From an uncultured virus (IMG/VR IMGVR_UViG_3300035181_002482) (Duplodnaviria > Heunggongvirae > Uroviricota > Caudoviricetes), in IMG/VR virus record IMGVR_UViG_3300035181_002482: 64,000 bases of DNA; one strand, 5' to 3'. Of this stretch, positions 48,691-58,800 are shown piece by piece. Positions within the stretch are counted from its first letter, which is position 1. Every line of letters begins with the position of its first letter. The notes beneath the pieces were generated by a model. That model was not told the DNA's origin, made no database searches, and saw only the letters and a list, made by a program, of their open reading frames with translations. A program made the translations under genes and the position numbers.

Positions 48691-51036
48691 TCAGCCGGAC
48701 TGGGCCGGGGCAGCGGGAGCCTCCGGATCGGGCCAGAGCCTCACGCGGATCTCCGCCTCGAGATCCTCCGTCATATCAGGGTTAGCCTTGAGGGCTGCGA
48801 TCGACGCATCCCGACCCACGGCGAGCTTCTCACCGCGGAACGAGAAGGTCGCTCCGGTCTTGGTGATGATCTCGAGCTTCTCCCCATAGGTGAGGATCTC
48901 GTCGTGAATCCGGAGACCTTCACCGAACACGATCGACAGCTCGACGAGGCGATGAGGCGGAGCGATCTTGTTCTTGGTGATCTTGATCTCGACGCGGTTA
49001 CCGATGATATCGGCATCCTCGGAGGAGGAGAGGAGACCATCACCTCCGGCCTTCTTGATGCTGCCGATGCGATGGATATCGAGGCGCTGCGATGCGTAGA
49101 ACTTGAGGGCGTTCCCGCCGGGCGTCGTCTTCTTCGGGGCGAACATCGCTGCACCGATGTTATCGCGCAGCTGATTGGTAAACATCAGGCACACACCGGA
49201 GCGAGCAACCTTGGCGTTGATCATCCGGAGGCCCTGGCTCATCATGCGCGACTGCAGGCCAACGTGCTGGTCGCCAATCTCACCCTTCAGCTCCGCCTGC
49301 GGCGTCATCGCTGCAACGGAGTCGCAAACGACGATGTCGCCCCAGCCCATGTTCTCGAGCGCGGCTTCGATGACCTGCAGGGCCTCCTCGCCGGTATCAG
49401 GCTGGACCATCAGGAGCTTCTGGGGATCGACACCTAGCGACTCGGCATACTGCATATCGATCGCGTGCTCGCAATCGACGAACAGCCCCACACCGCCGGC
49501 ATGCTGCGCGAGCGCGATGGCCTCGAGCATCATGGTCGTATTGTGGGTAACGCAACCCTCAGCAATAAAGCTGTGTGTCTGCGGCATCACCACATCAAAA
49601 GTTGGCTCGGCAGGGACAGTCTCGATCGATTCGATCGGCACGAACACGTAACCAAGCAACGCCTCGATGGCAGCCTTGGCGGGGTGATCCTGCCAATCGA
49701 AACCCGCGAGAAGCTTCCGCACGGCCTCAGCAGATTCGCTCTGCCCGCTCATCAGGTCACCGGCAAGCCGGCTGACCGCGCGATCGGTCTCGTGGGCATC
49801 GAAGAGCGCCCGCACCAGGCGCCCGATACCGGGGATGGTGTTCTGATCGATCTCGGGCTGACCATCGATCAGAAAGCGATGACTGCCGATGATCCGATCG
49901 TACCGGCTCACGTTGGAGCCGGTGATATGCAGGCGCCAGTAGGGCGTGTCCGGATAGGCCCTGACCTTCTTCGAGCGCACGCAGCTGGTGATGCCAAATG
50001 CCTGGAGCATGAGCTTCAGCTGCCGGAGAAGCAGGTTGGATGCGCTGGTGACCTCGAGCGAGCCGGGCTTGCCGGGGGTGTGGCTCGCCTCGCAGTCCAT
50101 GTAACCTCGGATCAGGGCGATCTGAGATTCACGATCGAATCCACGCAGACCCTTGGTGAAGTTCTTGTCCTTCGCCACACCCGGCTTGAAGCCCCACTGC
50201 GCATAAAACGCGGCAACCTTCTCCTTGCTGTTGAAGTGAAAGTCAACGCTGCTCCCGCGTGGATACTCGAGCGATGCCTTGCCGAGCAATGCCTCGCCCC
50301 GAGCGCGAATGACCATCATCACATGAGGGTCGTTGTTGGTGATCGAGATGTGATTCTCGGCAAAGTGACCATCGGCGATCAGGCAGCCGATAAGGTAGGC
50401 ATCCTCGAGGTTGCACTTGGTCTGTCCAAACCCGGCAACGGTCTGCGGCTGTACCATCACGTCGCCGACCGCAAGCTTCTCGGTCTGCCGCCACACCAGG
50501 AACCCCTCGGAGAGGACCAGATGGGGGTGGTTCAGCGTGCTCTTGATCACGGTCCCGTCGTGAAGCGTGAGCTTGGCAAGCCCGCGCAGTCCGTTCCAGG
50601 TGAGCGCACCGAGGTTCTCGATATCCCCGTAACGGTTGATCAACGGATACGAAGCAGGAACAACCTTACTGGTGCAGGTTGCCTTGTACCCGCATTCCTC
50701 GAAAAGCTCTTCGATGGTGAGGAGCCCGTTCGCCGTCGCCACGATAGCATCTCGACCCTGACACTTGCCGGCGCCCTCCGGACCATAGATCTCGATGATG
50801 CGGCCCTGGGCGTAACCGCCGCCAAGCGCATAGTCGAGGCCGATCGATCCCGTGGGCAGCGTGCGCGCCTTGATCGGCGCATCGGTCAGCATCATCACCC
50901 GAACGCCGTCGACGTCCTTGTGAATCTTCGCTCGAATCTTTTCGAGCCTATCCATCATCGCTTTCTGCGCTGGCGTGAGGACGGAGGTTGCTCCTGTCGG
51001 GATGATCCCCGTGATCGTGTGTTTCTTCTTGCTCAT
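48691..51036 (-). CDS. recA: RecA recombinase with intein
   Basis: PTGSIGLDYALG, EIYGPEGAGK/TT, QPDTGEEAL, DSVAAM, GGNALKFYAS, KNKIAPP. Confidence 0.96.
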   Translation of the reverse strand: MSKKKHTITGIIPTGATSVLTPAQKAMMDRLEKIRAKIHKDVDGVRVMMLTDAPIKARTLPTGSIGLDYALGGGYAQGRIIEIYGPEGAGKCQGRDAIVATANGLLTIEELFEECGYKATCTSKVVPASYPLINRYGDIENLGALTWNGLRGLAKLTLHDGTVIKSTLNHPHLVLSEGFLVWRQTEKLAVGDVMVQPQTVAGFGQTKCNLEDAYLIGCLIADGHFAENHISITNNDPHVMMVIRARGEALLGKASLEYPRGSSVDFHFNSKEKVAAFYAQWGFKPGVAKDKNFTKGLRGFDRESQIALIRGYMDCEASHTPGKPGSLEVTSASNLLLRQLKLMLQAFGITSCVRSKKVRAYPDTPYWRLHITGSNVSRYDRIIGSHRFLIDGQPEIDQNTIPGIGRLVRALFDAHETDRAVSRLAGDLMSGQSESAEAVRKLLAGFDWQDHPAKAAIEALLGYVFVPIESIETVPAEPTFDVVMPQTHSFIAEGCVTHNTTMMLEAIALAQHAGGVGLFVDCEHAIDMQYAESLGVDPQKLLMVQPDTGEEALQVIEAALENMGWGDIVVCDSVAAMTPQAELKGEIGDQHVGLQSRMMSQGLRMINAKVARSGVCLMFTNQLRDNIGAAMFAPKKTTPGGNALKFYASQRLDIHRIGSIKKAGGDGLLSSSEDADIIGNRVEIKITKNKIAPPHRLVELSIVFGEGLRIHDEILTYGEKLEIITKTGATFSFRGEKLAVGRDASIAALKANPDMTEDLEAEIRVRLWPDPEAPAAPAQSG
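49540..50763 (-). mobile_element. intein in the RecA P-loop (408 aa, LAGLIDADG type)
   Basis: GAGK|CQGRDA...EGCVTHN|TTM; LIGCLIADG. Confidence 0.95.
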
Positions 51037-51069
51037 GCGTGATCCTTATCGATATCGAAGGGAGAGGGA

Positions 51070-51112
51070 GAAAGAGGGGCCCGATCGCTGCTAACGATCG
51101 GGCCCCTCTTTC
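51070..51112 (-). terminator. intrinsic terminator-like hairpin after the SSB gene
   Basis: 18-bp perfect stem. Confidence 0.8.
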
Positions 51113-51118
51113 CATCGA

Positions 51119-52363
51119 TCACCAGCGCGTCTTGCCGCCGGTCGGCATTGGCTTCGCCCCGGGCGGCGGCGGCGGCGCACCGGGCAGGTTCGGCGTACCC
51201 AGCATCCCGCCCGTGGACGGGAGCGGGGCGGCGGGCGGCGCAGGCAGCAGGGGGGCACCACCGATGTTCGCCGTGGGCGCGGTCATCTGCGGGGCCGCAC
51301 CCGGGGCGAAGCCCGAGCCGCCGTTGCCCTTCCAGGTGTCGTTCATCGCTTTCTCGAGTTCGGCCGCGATGGGCTTGGGCGGGAAAGCGGCCTTGACCAC
51401 GTCGGCGACCTGGCTGGGGAGCACCACCTGCCAGTCGGTACGGGTGCCGAATCGACCCGTCGTGATCTTGGCGAGGTTCTCCGGATTCATCAGGTACGCG
51501 ATGCGATCCGGGGTGAACACGACGTCCGTGAATTCAGCGGCGAGGGTGTACGTCGCGTAACGTGCGCCCCGCGTGCAATCCTTGGTAACGTTGAAGGGGC
51601 GCGCGGTATCGGCGTTGAAGAACTTGAGGCCCTTCTGATATGCCGAGTTGAGGGCGACGTAGACCGGCTTGGGGCCCATCCACATCTGATAGTTGACCTC
51701 GGTCTCGCCGTTGTCGAGCTTGCGCTTTCCGCTGGCCTTGTCGAGATCGAACACGCTGGTCACGAAGCGATCCGTGAGGCGCATCCCATCGATGATCTGG
51801 CGGATGTCGTTGAGCACCGGGTTCAGGGCATGGATCAGATCCTTGCCGGCCTTGTCGAGGGCGTTGCGATCCCCGGGGTGAGCGCCCGTCGCGGTCTTGG
51901 CGTGCTTGTACGCCTCATCGTACAGCTTCCACCAATCGCGGGACTCGGTGCAGAAGGGACAATGCGTCTCCTTGAACAACGGCCGCCAGCCGAAGGTGTC
52001 GGTCAGGTAAGCATTGACCTGCTTCGGGCAAGCGACGAAGAATCGATCGTTGCCGCGCTCGCCCGGCACCTCGGCATAGTGCCCGAGGCACTTGAAATAG
52101 AACGTCCAGGCGTTCGTGGGCTGACCGGAGCCGTCGACGACGACGTTGGGATTGAGAACCTCGATCAAGCCGTTCTCGGCGGTCGGGTTGAACATATCCC
52201 AGGTCGAGGGATCGAAGAGACTGAAGAACAGTTGGTTGTTGCCGATCCCGGTGGCGGCGAAGCCATTCGGGAGGGGGCTATAGAGGTGATTGTCGCGGAT
52301 GAATCCGCCCTTGTTCGAGGTCTCCACCGCCGGGATGGCGAGGGTCGGCTGACGCATAGACAT
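51119..52363 (-). CDS. gp32-like single-stranded DNA-binding protein
   Basis: GHY..ACP..CPFC metal motif; lies between UvsY-like gene and recA. Confidence 0.7.
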   Translation of the reverse strand: MSMRQPTLAIPAVETSNKGGFIRDNHLYSPLPNGFAATGIGNNQLFFSLFDPSTWDMFNPTAENGLIEVLNPNVVVDGSGQPTNAWTFYFKCLGHYAEVPGERGNDRFFVACPKQVNAYLTDTFGWRPLFKETHCPFCTESRDWWKLYDEAYKHAKTATGAHPGDRNALDKAGKDLIHALNPVLNDIRQIIDGMRLTDRFVTSVFDLDKASGKRKLDNGETEVNYQMWMGPKPVYVALNSAYQKGLKFFNADTARPFNVTKDCTRGARYATYTLAAEFTDVVFTPDRIAYLMNPENLAKITTGRFGTRTDWQVVLPSQVADVVKAAFPPKPIAAELEKAMNDTWKGNGGSGFAPGAAPQMTAPTANIGGAPLLPAPPAAPLPSTGGMLGTPNLPGAPPPPPGAKPMPTGGKTRW

Positions 52364-52495
52364 AGGATGTAACCTTCGATGTTGCTTGGATGTAGCTAGA
52401 AACGGTGCTTGGTGTGTTGAGAGTTCGCTAAATGGTGCTGGTGCCTCAGGTGACTGGTTGCGTAACCCCCCGGGGTTGGCGCCTCGAGGTTGATC

Positions 52496-53203
52496 TTAAC
52501 CTAAGCCCTGGTTGCCCCTTGTCCAGCTGTCGTCGATCGAATGTCGACCGCTTTTCAAGATCTCCACGATGTTGCCAAGCCGGTAGCCTCGCTGGTTCAT
52601 AGCGGCGGCAACGGCCTGCGCCTTGCCCAACTCCTCGCGCAGCAAGGCCGCGTGGCCCACCATTGCCTCATAGGTCAACCCCTGCCCCCGGTACAACCAG
52701 AGCTGCTGCGACAGGGCATCCTGAAGCGATTGGCGCTCATCGCCCATCTCAACCAGGGCCACATCGGCCACCTTTTCCGAAGGGCTGTCATCGATCAGGG
52801 AACCCCGGTGAACGTGGGCCTCGATGATAAGGTTATCGGGAGATTGGCTCGTGCGGTCCTCCGTGAAAAGGAAGATCACGGCGTCCTTGACAGCATCGAC
52901 CGTATCACGCGAGCCCTTCCCGATCAGGTAGAAGCGTGCAAAGCGGCGGGAGTGTGCCCACCATTTCGCATACTCGATATCGTTGAAGCGGGACACCTCC
53001 GCTTCAATCTCGATTGCGATAGCCTGGAAGTAGGTAAAGAGGCCGGGCTGCCTCTCGATGGCTTCACCGACGCTCGTTCCGATGCCGAGCATCTCGATGA
53101 GCTTGTAAACCTCGATCAGACCGTCCCGGCTGACCGTGGTCAGGGAGATGTTGCTCGGGCTGATCGTTGTTAGACTCAGGCGGTGTGGTCTCAGGTCCAT
53201 CAC
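52496..53203 (-). CDS. UvsY-like recombination mediator
   Basis: ERQPGLFTYF..; AMNQRGYRLGNIVE; gene context. Confidence 0.55.
   Translation of the reverse strand: MMDLRPHRLSLTTISPSNISLTTVSRDGLIEVYKLIEMLGIGTSVGEAIERQPGLFTYFQAIAIEIEAEVSRFNDIEYAKWWAHSRRFARFYLIGKGSRDTVDAVKDAVIFLFTEDRTSQSPDNLIIEAHVHRGSLIDDSPSEKVADVALVEMGDERQSLQDALSQQLWLYRGQGLTYEAMVGHAALLREELGKAQAVAAAMNQRGYRLGNIVEILKSGRHSIDDSWTRGNQGLG
52498..52525 (-). promoter_or_regulatory. promoter TGGACA-N16-TAGGTT for the SSB gene
   Basis: Near-consensus motif followed by a leader of about 130 nt. Confidence 0.6.
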
Positions 53204-53343
53204 CGCCGAATATAGGTATCAATCTCACTTGTCGATGCTTCACGATGACGATTTCTCCGCATTTCCCACATCGATATCGACTCATCCAGGGATTGCTCCC
53301 CTGGGGCCGGAGCGGCGAATGCCGACAGCAATCGACGGGGCAT
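53200..53343 (-). CDS. possible 47-aa protein
   Basis: MPRRLLSAF..DTYIRR*, stop overlaps the next start. Confidence 0.35.
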   Translation of the reverse strand: MPRRLLSAFAAPAPGEQSLDESISMWEMRRNRHREASTSEIDTYIRR

Positions 53344-53353
53344 CGGAGATGAA

Positions 53354-55324
53354 TCACGCAGCCTCGAACCGGCGCACGTTCATGACCTGCATCATCCACA
53401 TCTCGACGACGATCTTATCGATCATCCCGTGCATCCCGAAGTGCTTGCTGTACATCTCCCAAGCCTCCTGCATGATGTCGAGATCACGCTTGGTGAAGGT
53501 GAGTTTCTCGCGAAAGGTCTCATGAGTGATCCCGCTCATATACTCGACCTCCGGCTCCTGCCCCAGCTCGATCAACGCTTGAGCGATGGCGCAGTCGCGG
53601 AGGAAGATCGGGATCATGGTGAAGAAAAGGTCGTGCGCCTGGAACCCCTCCGCGAACCAGTGCTGCAGGAAGTTTACCCATGCGATGAAACCATCATCGA
53701 AGAAGGTCTGGCTGATCGCGCGGGCGAGCAGGATGTACATCCGGGATGTCGGAATGCCGACCGCACCCTCGATAAACGTTTCATTGATCTCGACACCGCC
53801 AGCCGCGTTGATCAGCTGATCGGCGAGCTGTTGCACATCCCGCAAGCTCCCCTGGCCCTGCCGGGATAGCAGCGCGAGCGCGTCCGCCGTGATGGGTTGC
53901 TGCACATCCGCGAAGATGCGCGCGATCGATGTCGTGATCACCTCGCCGCGGAAGGGCCTCACAAGTAGGGCGCTACACCGGCTCTTGATCGTTGGCAGGA
54001 TCTTCTGCGCGTCGGTCGTGCAAAGGATCGGCAAGAAGCCCGGCGGAGGGTTCTCGAACAACACCAGCAGGGCGTTCTGCGCCTGCACGGTTAGCTGGTG
54101 AGCTTCGTCGATAATGAGCACGCGCGCCTTGCCCGGGTGTGGCACCTGCTTCGCGATCGATTCAAACTCGCGCACATCATCAACGCCGCCATGACTAGCG
54201 GCATCAACCTCGGTCACAAGATCGCTCTTGCCGAGATGAACCGCCATGCAGTGATCACACTCGCCACATGGATCGACCAGCTCCTTCTGAGCGCGCTGCC
54301 GAGGGACGTCGTCGCACACCAGGGCCTTGGCAATGAGCCGGGCCATCGATGTCTTGCCGCAATTGTGAACGATGACCCCATCCGCAAGAAAGTTGCGGTA
54401 TGGATCAGCCATTCGCACATCATAGGTCTTGCGTACACCTACGGATTCGATGGTAGCCACAGTGTCAGGAACAGCAACGCGGAGCAGACTCCTCCCCCTG
54501 GTTTCACGACCATGACGAGCCGCGTGCTCTGAGTGGGAGATCATCTCCAGGTTGGAAAAATCGTTATTTTTCCAGTTCTCGTCCCGGTGATGTACGTCAA
54601 AATCGGGAGGGAGAAACCAGAGCCCTGCAAGGTCTCCACGCCCGAGGCGTTCCAGGTAGGTGGTCAGGTCAATTCCGTTGACGCCTGCCTCATAAGCAGC
54701 GCGATACTCGCGAAGGTACAGGTACTGGTGACCCTCTACGTTCTTCCGGCGAGCGTAGGGATGGTTTTCTACCCTCACCTCCTTGCGATAAGGGAGCAGC
54801 TTTCGACCCTTGGCAGTGCGACGGCCAGCCGTATAGACAAGATCACCAGGCTCGATCTGATCGAGCCTGGTGTAACCGCTACCCGTAAAAAACTCATGGT
54901 CAGCGGTGGCTTGGATTGTCTTGCCACCCTTTGTCTTGAGGCGAAAACACTCTTTCTCGCCTGAGAAGATGACATCTTCGATGTCGTTGAGGATGAGATT
55001 ACCCTCATCATCCATGGATACCGCACGATAGTTGCCAACGGCCTGTCGAGACCCAGAGGTCTTTTGAGGCAAACGATGGAAACGCTGGTACAGCGTCTGG
55101 ATCCTGCCTCCCTTGTGGCTAACAGGAGCGCCTGCCTCGTCATAGACGTGAAAGTCGATGTGAGTGTCACCGTCTAGGCAGCCCTTCTGCCCTGTGATCA
55201 GGTAGACGTTGGGAATGCGGTTGAGCGTGATCGCCCGCTGCACGACGAGCCTGGTGGCTTCCTGGCCGAGATAGTCCTTGAATCGCTTGGGTCGATAGGC
55301 CAGAGCCGATGCAACGTATGCCAT
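53354..55324 (-). CDS. dnaX: clamp loader gamma/tau subunit with intein
   Basis: YRPKRF, GQKG/CGKTS, PCGECDHC, EVDAASHGGVDDVR, IIDEAHQL, TIKSRC, GSLRD. Confidence 0.95.
   Translation of the reverse strand: MAYVASALAYRPKRFKDYLGQEATRLVVQRAITLNRIPNVYLITGQKGCLDGDTHIDFHVYDEAGAPVSHKGGRIQTLYQRFHRLPQKTSGSRQAVGNYRAVSMDDEGNLILNDIEDVIFSGEKECFRLKTKGGKTIQATADHEFFTGSGYTRLDQIEPGDLVYTAGRRTAKGRKLLPYRKEVRVENHPYARRKNVEGHQYLYLREYRAAYEAGVNGIDLTTYLERLGRGDLAGLWFLPPDFDVHHRDENWKNNDFSNLEMISHSEHAARHGRETRGRSLLRVAVPDTVATIESVGVRKTYDVRMADPYRNFLADGVIVHNCGKTSMARLIAKALVCDDVPRQRAQKELVDPCGECDHCMAVHLGKSDLVTEVDAASHGGVDDVREFESIAKQVPHPGKARVLIIDEAHQLTVQAQNALLVLFENPPPGFLPILCTTDAQKILPTIKSRCSALLVRPFRGEVITTSIARIFADVQQPITADALALLSRQGQGSLRDVQQLADQLINAAGGVEINETFIEGAVGIPTSRMYILLARAISQTFFDDGFIAWVNFLQHWFAEGFQAHDLFFTMIPIFLRDCAIAQALIELGQEPEVEYMSGITHETFREKLTFTKRDLDIMQEAWEMYSKHFGMHGMIDKIVVEMWMMQVMNVRRFEAA
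54362..55180 (-). mobile_element. intein in the DnaX P-loop (273 aa, HNH type)
   Basis: GQKG|CLDGDT...DGVIVHN|CGKT; VHHRDENWKNNDFSNL. Confidence 0.95.
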
Positions 55325-55356
55325 GGCTTGATCCTAAGACCGATTCGATGCCCGCG

Positions 55357-55890
55357 CTAGCCCTGCATCACACGAGCGAGGAACCCCTCGGTGTTGTTGA
55401 GGATCGAGGCCCAGCAAGAGGGAGCCAGGGCCGTGCCAAAGCCCAGCTTGTGTGCTGCCTCGAGGATACCCGGATCATCATCGATCACGAGGGTCGTCTT
55501 CGGATCGAGGCCCAGCCAGTGAGTGCTTTTCATCACGGCAGCCTTCATGCGGCAATCCCGCCCGCGCATCCGGACAATCTTCTCAAGATCGAGATAAGCC
55601 TGGTCGCGCGGCTTGGTGTAGCCCATCACGACAGGGCCGGACGGGAACCCGTGATCAAGGAGCCAATCCTGGGTCTCCGCCCGGCAGATCTCGCTGCGCC
55701 CGGTGCTGTACAGCACTTCGACACCAGGCCGCATCAGTTTCATGATCGCATCGAGTGCGAGGGGGATCTCTCGATCCTCCAAGCACGCGAGGTAAAACGC
55801 ATCCCAGTCAGGCAGGAGATGTGATCGATGGTCCGTATTCGCCACCGAGCTGTCCAGGTCGATAACCAACATACGAGGGAGGTAGCTCAT
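55357..55890 (-). CDS. HAD-family phosphatase (PNKP-phosphatase-like)
   Basis: VIDLDSSVA, STGR, VIDDD. Confidence 0.85.
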   Translation of the reverse strand: MSYLPRMLVIDLDSSVANTDHRSHLLPDWDAFYLACLEDREIPLALDAIMKLMRPGVEVLYSTGRSEICRAETQDWLLDHGFPSGPVVMGYTKPRDQAYLDLEKIVRMRGRDCRMKAAVMKSTHWLGLDPKTTLVIDDDPGILEAAHKLGFGTALAPSCWASILNNTEGFLARVMQG

Positions 55891-58800
55891 AGACCTCGAT
55901 GGTAGCGGCTGCGCATTCCGCACGGATGGCTTTCTCCGTGAGGTGCAGCGCCTTGACCCGGGCCTTCTCCGCGTCGTTGGCATCCTTGGCAGGCTTGCGA
56001 TGCTTGTCACCCCAGCGCCGGACAACCTCCATATCGATCTTGAGCGGCACGAGACTGGAGGGGTACACGTTGACCATGACGTCCTCCATGATCCGCATCA
56101 GGGCCGGCGCGTACTTCAGGCTGCAGAGGAACACCAGCTCGTCGTGGATAACGTTGATCGGCCCCACACCATCCCGATCGGTATGGTGATTGAGGAGCGG
56201 AATACCAACCTCGACGCAAATCTTCAGGATCTGCGCCCACGCGATAGCCGTGAGGTCAGCCGTCGCCGTTGACTGAATCATGAAGTTCTGCACCTCGCGC
56301 TCGAGCTTCGAATTCTCCTGCTCGCGCGACCGGCGAAGGATCTCGAGGGTGCATCCGGAGATCTGATGGCACTTGCCACAGCTCTCCTTGATGGGCCCTG
56401 CAAGCTCTTGCAAGCCCCGCGTATCCTCGAGCATCGGCAACTGCCGGGGAAGGTCGATATCCTTCAGCTCCTTGGTCCAGAGAAGGTTGGCGGATTCCTT
56501 CACCCGCCCCCAGCAGGTTGGCGCTGACGCCGGCTTGCGCGGCTTCTCGGGGATGTACGCCAACAGCTGGGGCACCCGGCGCCGACGTCCGAACTCGTTG
56601 ACGACGTAGCCGTGATTTCGGGCGAAGGTGACCACGGTATCAAGATACTCTTTGAGAATGCCGAGGTTCTCGAAGTAATTCTCGATCAGGGCGGAGGCCG
56701 CCTCGCGGGTGATCTTGAGCGCGTTGCTCAACCCATATTCGGTCTGGCCATAGAGGATGCCAAAGTTGATACTGTTTTTTAGGATCACAGGCACCCCGCC
56801 ATCCCTGACCAGGATGGTGGATGAGGGCACGGCAAGGCACGCAACCTCGCCGGTGTAAGCCAGCTTCCGGGTATCCAGGTTCTTGCCGCGCGTCAGGTGG
56901 TGATCCTTGATGCTCAAGTGATAGCAACCATGAGGATCGCTCAACCCGATCAGGGTCTTGCGTCCGCTAAGGGATGCCAGCCCCTGGAGGATATCGATGT
57001 TCTGCTTCTCCACCGAGGAGTAACGGACCCTCTTCCAGCTCGGCCGCACATGGCTAGCCCAATGCTTGACCTCATCAAGCACAACCTCGCGAAGGGCAGC
57101 TGTGAGCGTCAACCAACGATGATCAAACTTCTTCTCATCGAGGAGAGCGAGAACGGGCTCCGCTTCCGTTCGAGGGATGCGGAAGTTCGTGACCTGTTCA
57201 GGTTTCGCATCTCGCGTGTGCTCGGTGAACATCACACCCGCTCGGGTGAGAAGCGATCGGCACCGATCGATCTTGCGCTGCGTAGAGAAGTTCAGCACAG
57301 CCGCACCGTCTCCGGTGATGCTGCCCTCTGCCTGGATGGCCACAGCGAGCCGCAGAAGCGGCTCGTCCGGCGCCCATTCCCCGCCGGTATCGGCCAGGGT
57401 GCCTGCGTTGGCCCAACTGCGCTGCTTGGCCATCTCGTGTGGCATGACGCGCTTCGGTTCGCCGGTAACCCCAAAGGCAAGCATCCCGTGATCAGGGGTG
57501 ACCCTGATGTCGATGCCTTCGTTCTTGAGATGGATCAGGTGATCATGCTCATTCGGCATCGAGTAGACCTGGATCGGGGTGACCCATGATAGATCAACCT
57601 TGTAGCCATCTGATGCCACGGCCTGCGCGATCTGTTCACCATCGGCAAGGTCGAGAATACGCTTCCACCCGGAGCGGGTGAGTACCTCCGTATCGGGGTG
57701 AAAGCACTTCGCCGCTGTGCGCTTGTCGTCGTACATTTCTTTCACCAGCTCGACCAAGCAATCGAGATTGAAGATCGCCTTGGCGGTCTTCGAGTGAAGG
57801 TCCTGATCCTCGAGGAAGGCGCTGAGCCACACGGGCTCTTTCGACAGGGTTGCCGCGACCCGTAGCTCGATCTGGGATTGATCGGCCATCACGATCACCA
57901 TCCCGTCCGGAGCGCAGAACTGATCCTTGACGTCGATCCCGTTCGGGGGACGGGGCCAGTTCTGAGTGTTCGGGTTCTCGCAGGCGATGCGTCCCGTCGA
58001 TGTCTGGTGCAGCTTGAAGTTCGGATAGATCCGACCGGTCTTCTTATCGACACCCTTCAGCGTCATGTGGAAGAGCCCGAGCGCGTACATCTTCTTGCGC
58101 AGCTTGGCGATCACCGGCAGGCACGGGTGAGGATCGAGCTTGGCCAGGGCTTCGAGGGCCTCGCCGTCGACCGTTACCTCGCCCGTCTTGGGATCGCGTT
58201 GCTCGGGCAACCCGAAGGTCACGTAAAGCAACTCTGACAGCTGATCCGGTGAGCCAAAGTTGAAATCGGCATCGACACCAGCAAGCTCTCGGGATTGCTC
58301 CGTCAGCGTGGCGATATCCGCGGTGTACAGATCGATTAGCTGATGTATCTTCGGAACATCGACGGGGATTCCGATGCGCTCGGCCATCATGCACACCCAT
58401 TGCAGGGGCATGGTGATCTCGTCCATCTGGACGTCGAGTTGATCCTCCGTCAACCGCGCAGCGAAGATGTCGGCGAGGCGCAGGGTATAGTCGACGTCCC
58501 CGCAAGCATACTCGTACAGGATATCGAGGGGTACGCTCGAGTAGCGTTGCATCACGGGGTCGTGATACTCGAGGGCCTTGTGCAGATCGTTCTCGTAGCC
58601 GGCGCTCTCGGGCCATTCGGTAGCCGTCAGATCCTTGAGGCCGTGATTCGATTCCGCACGCTTCTCGTCGAGGAGATAGTGCGCCAGCATGGTGTCGAAA
58701 ACGAAGGCCGCAATCTCGATGTCGAAGTTGCGGAAGATCCATTGCACATCGAACTTGCCGTTGTGCATGATCTTCGGCGTGCTGGACTCAAGGATCTCCT

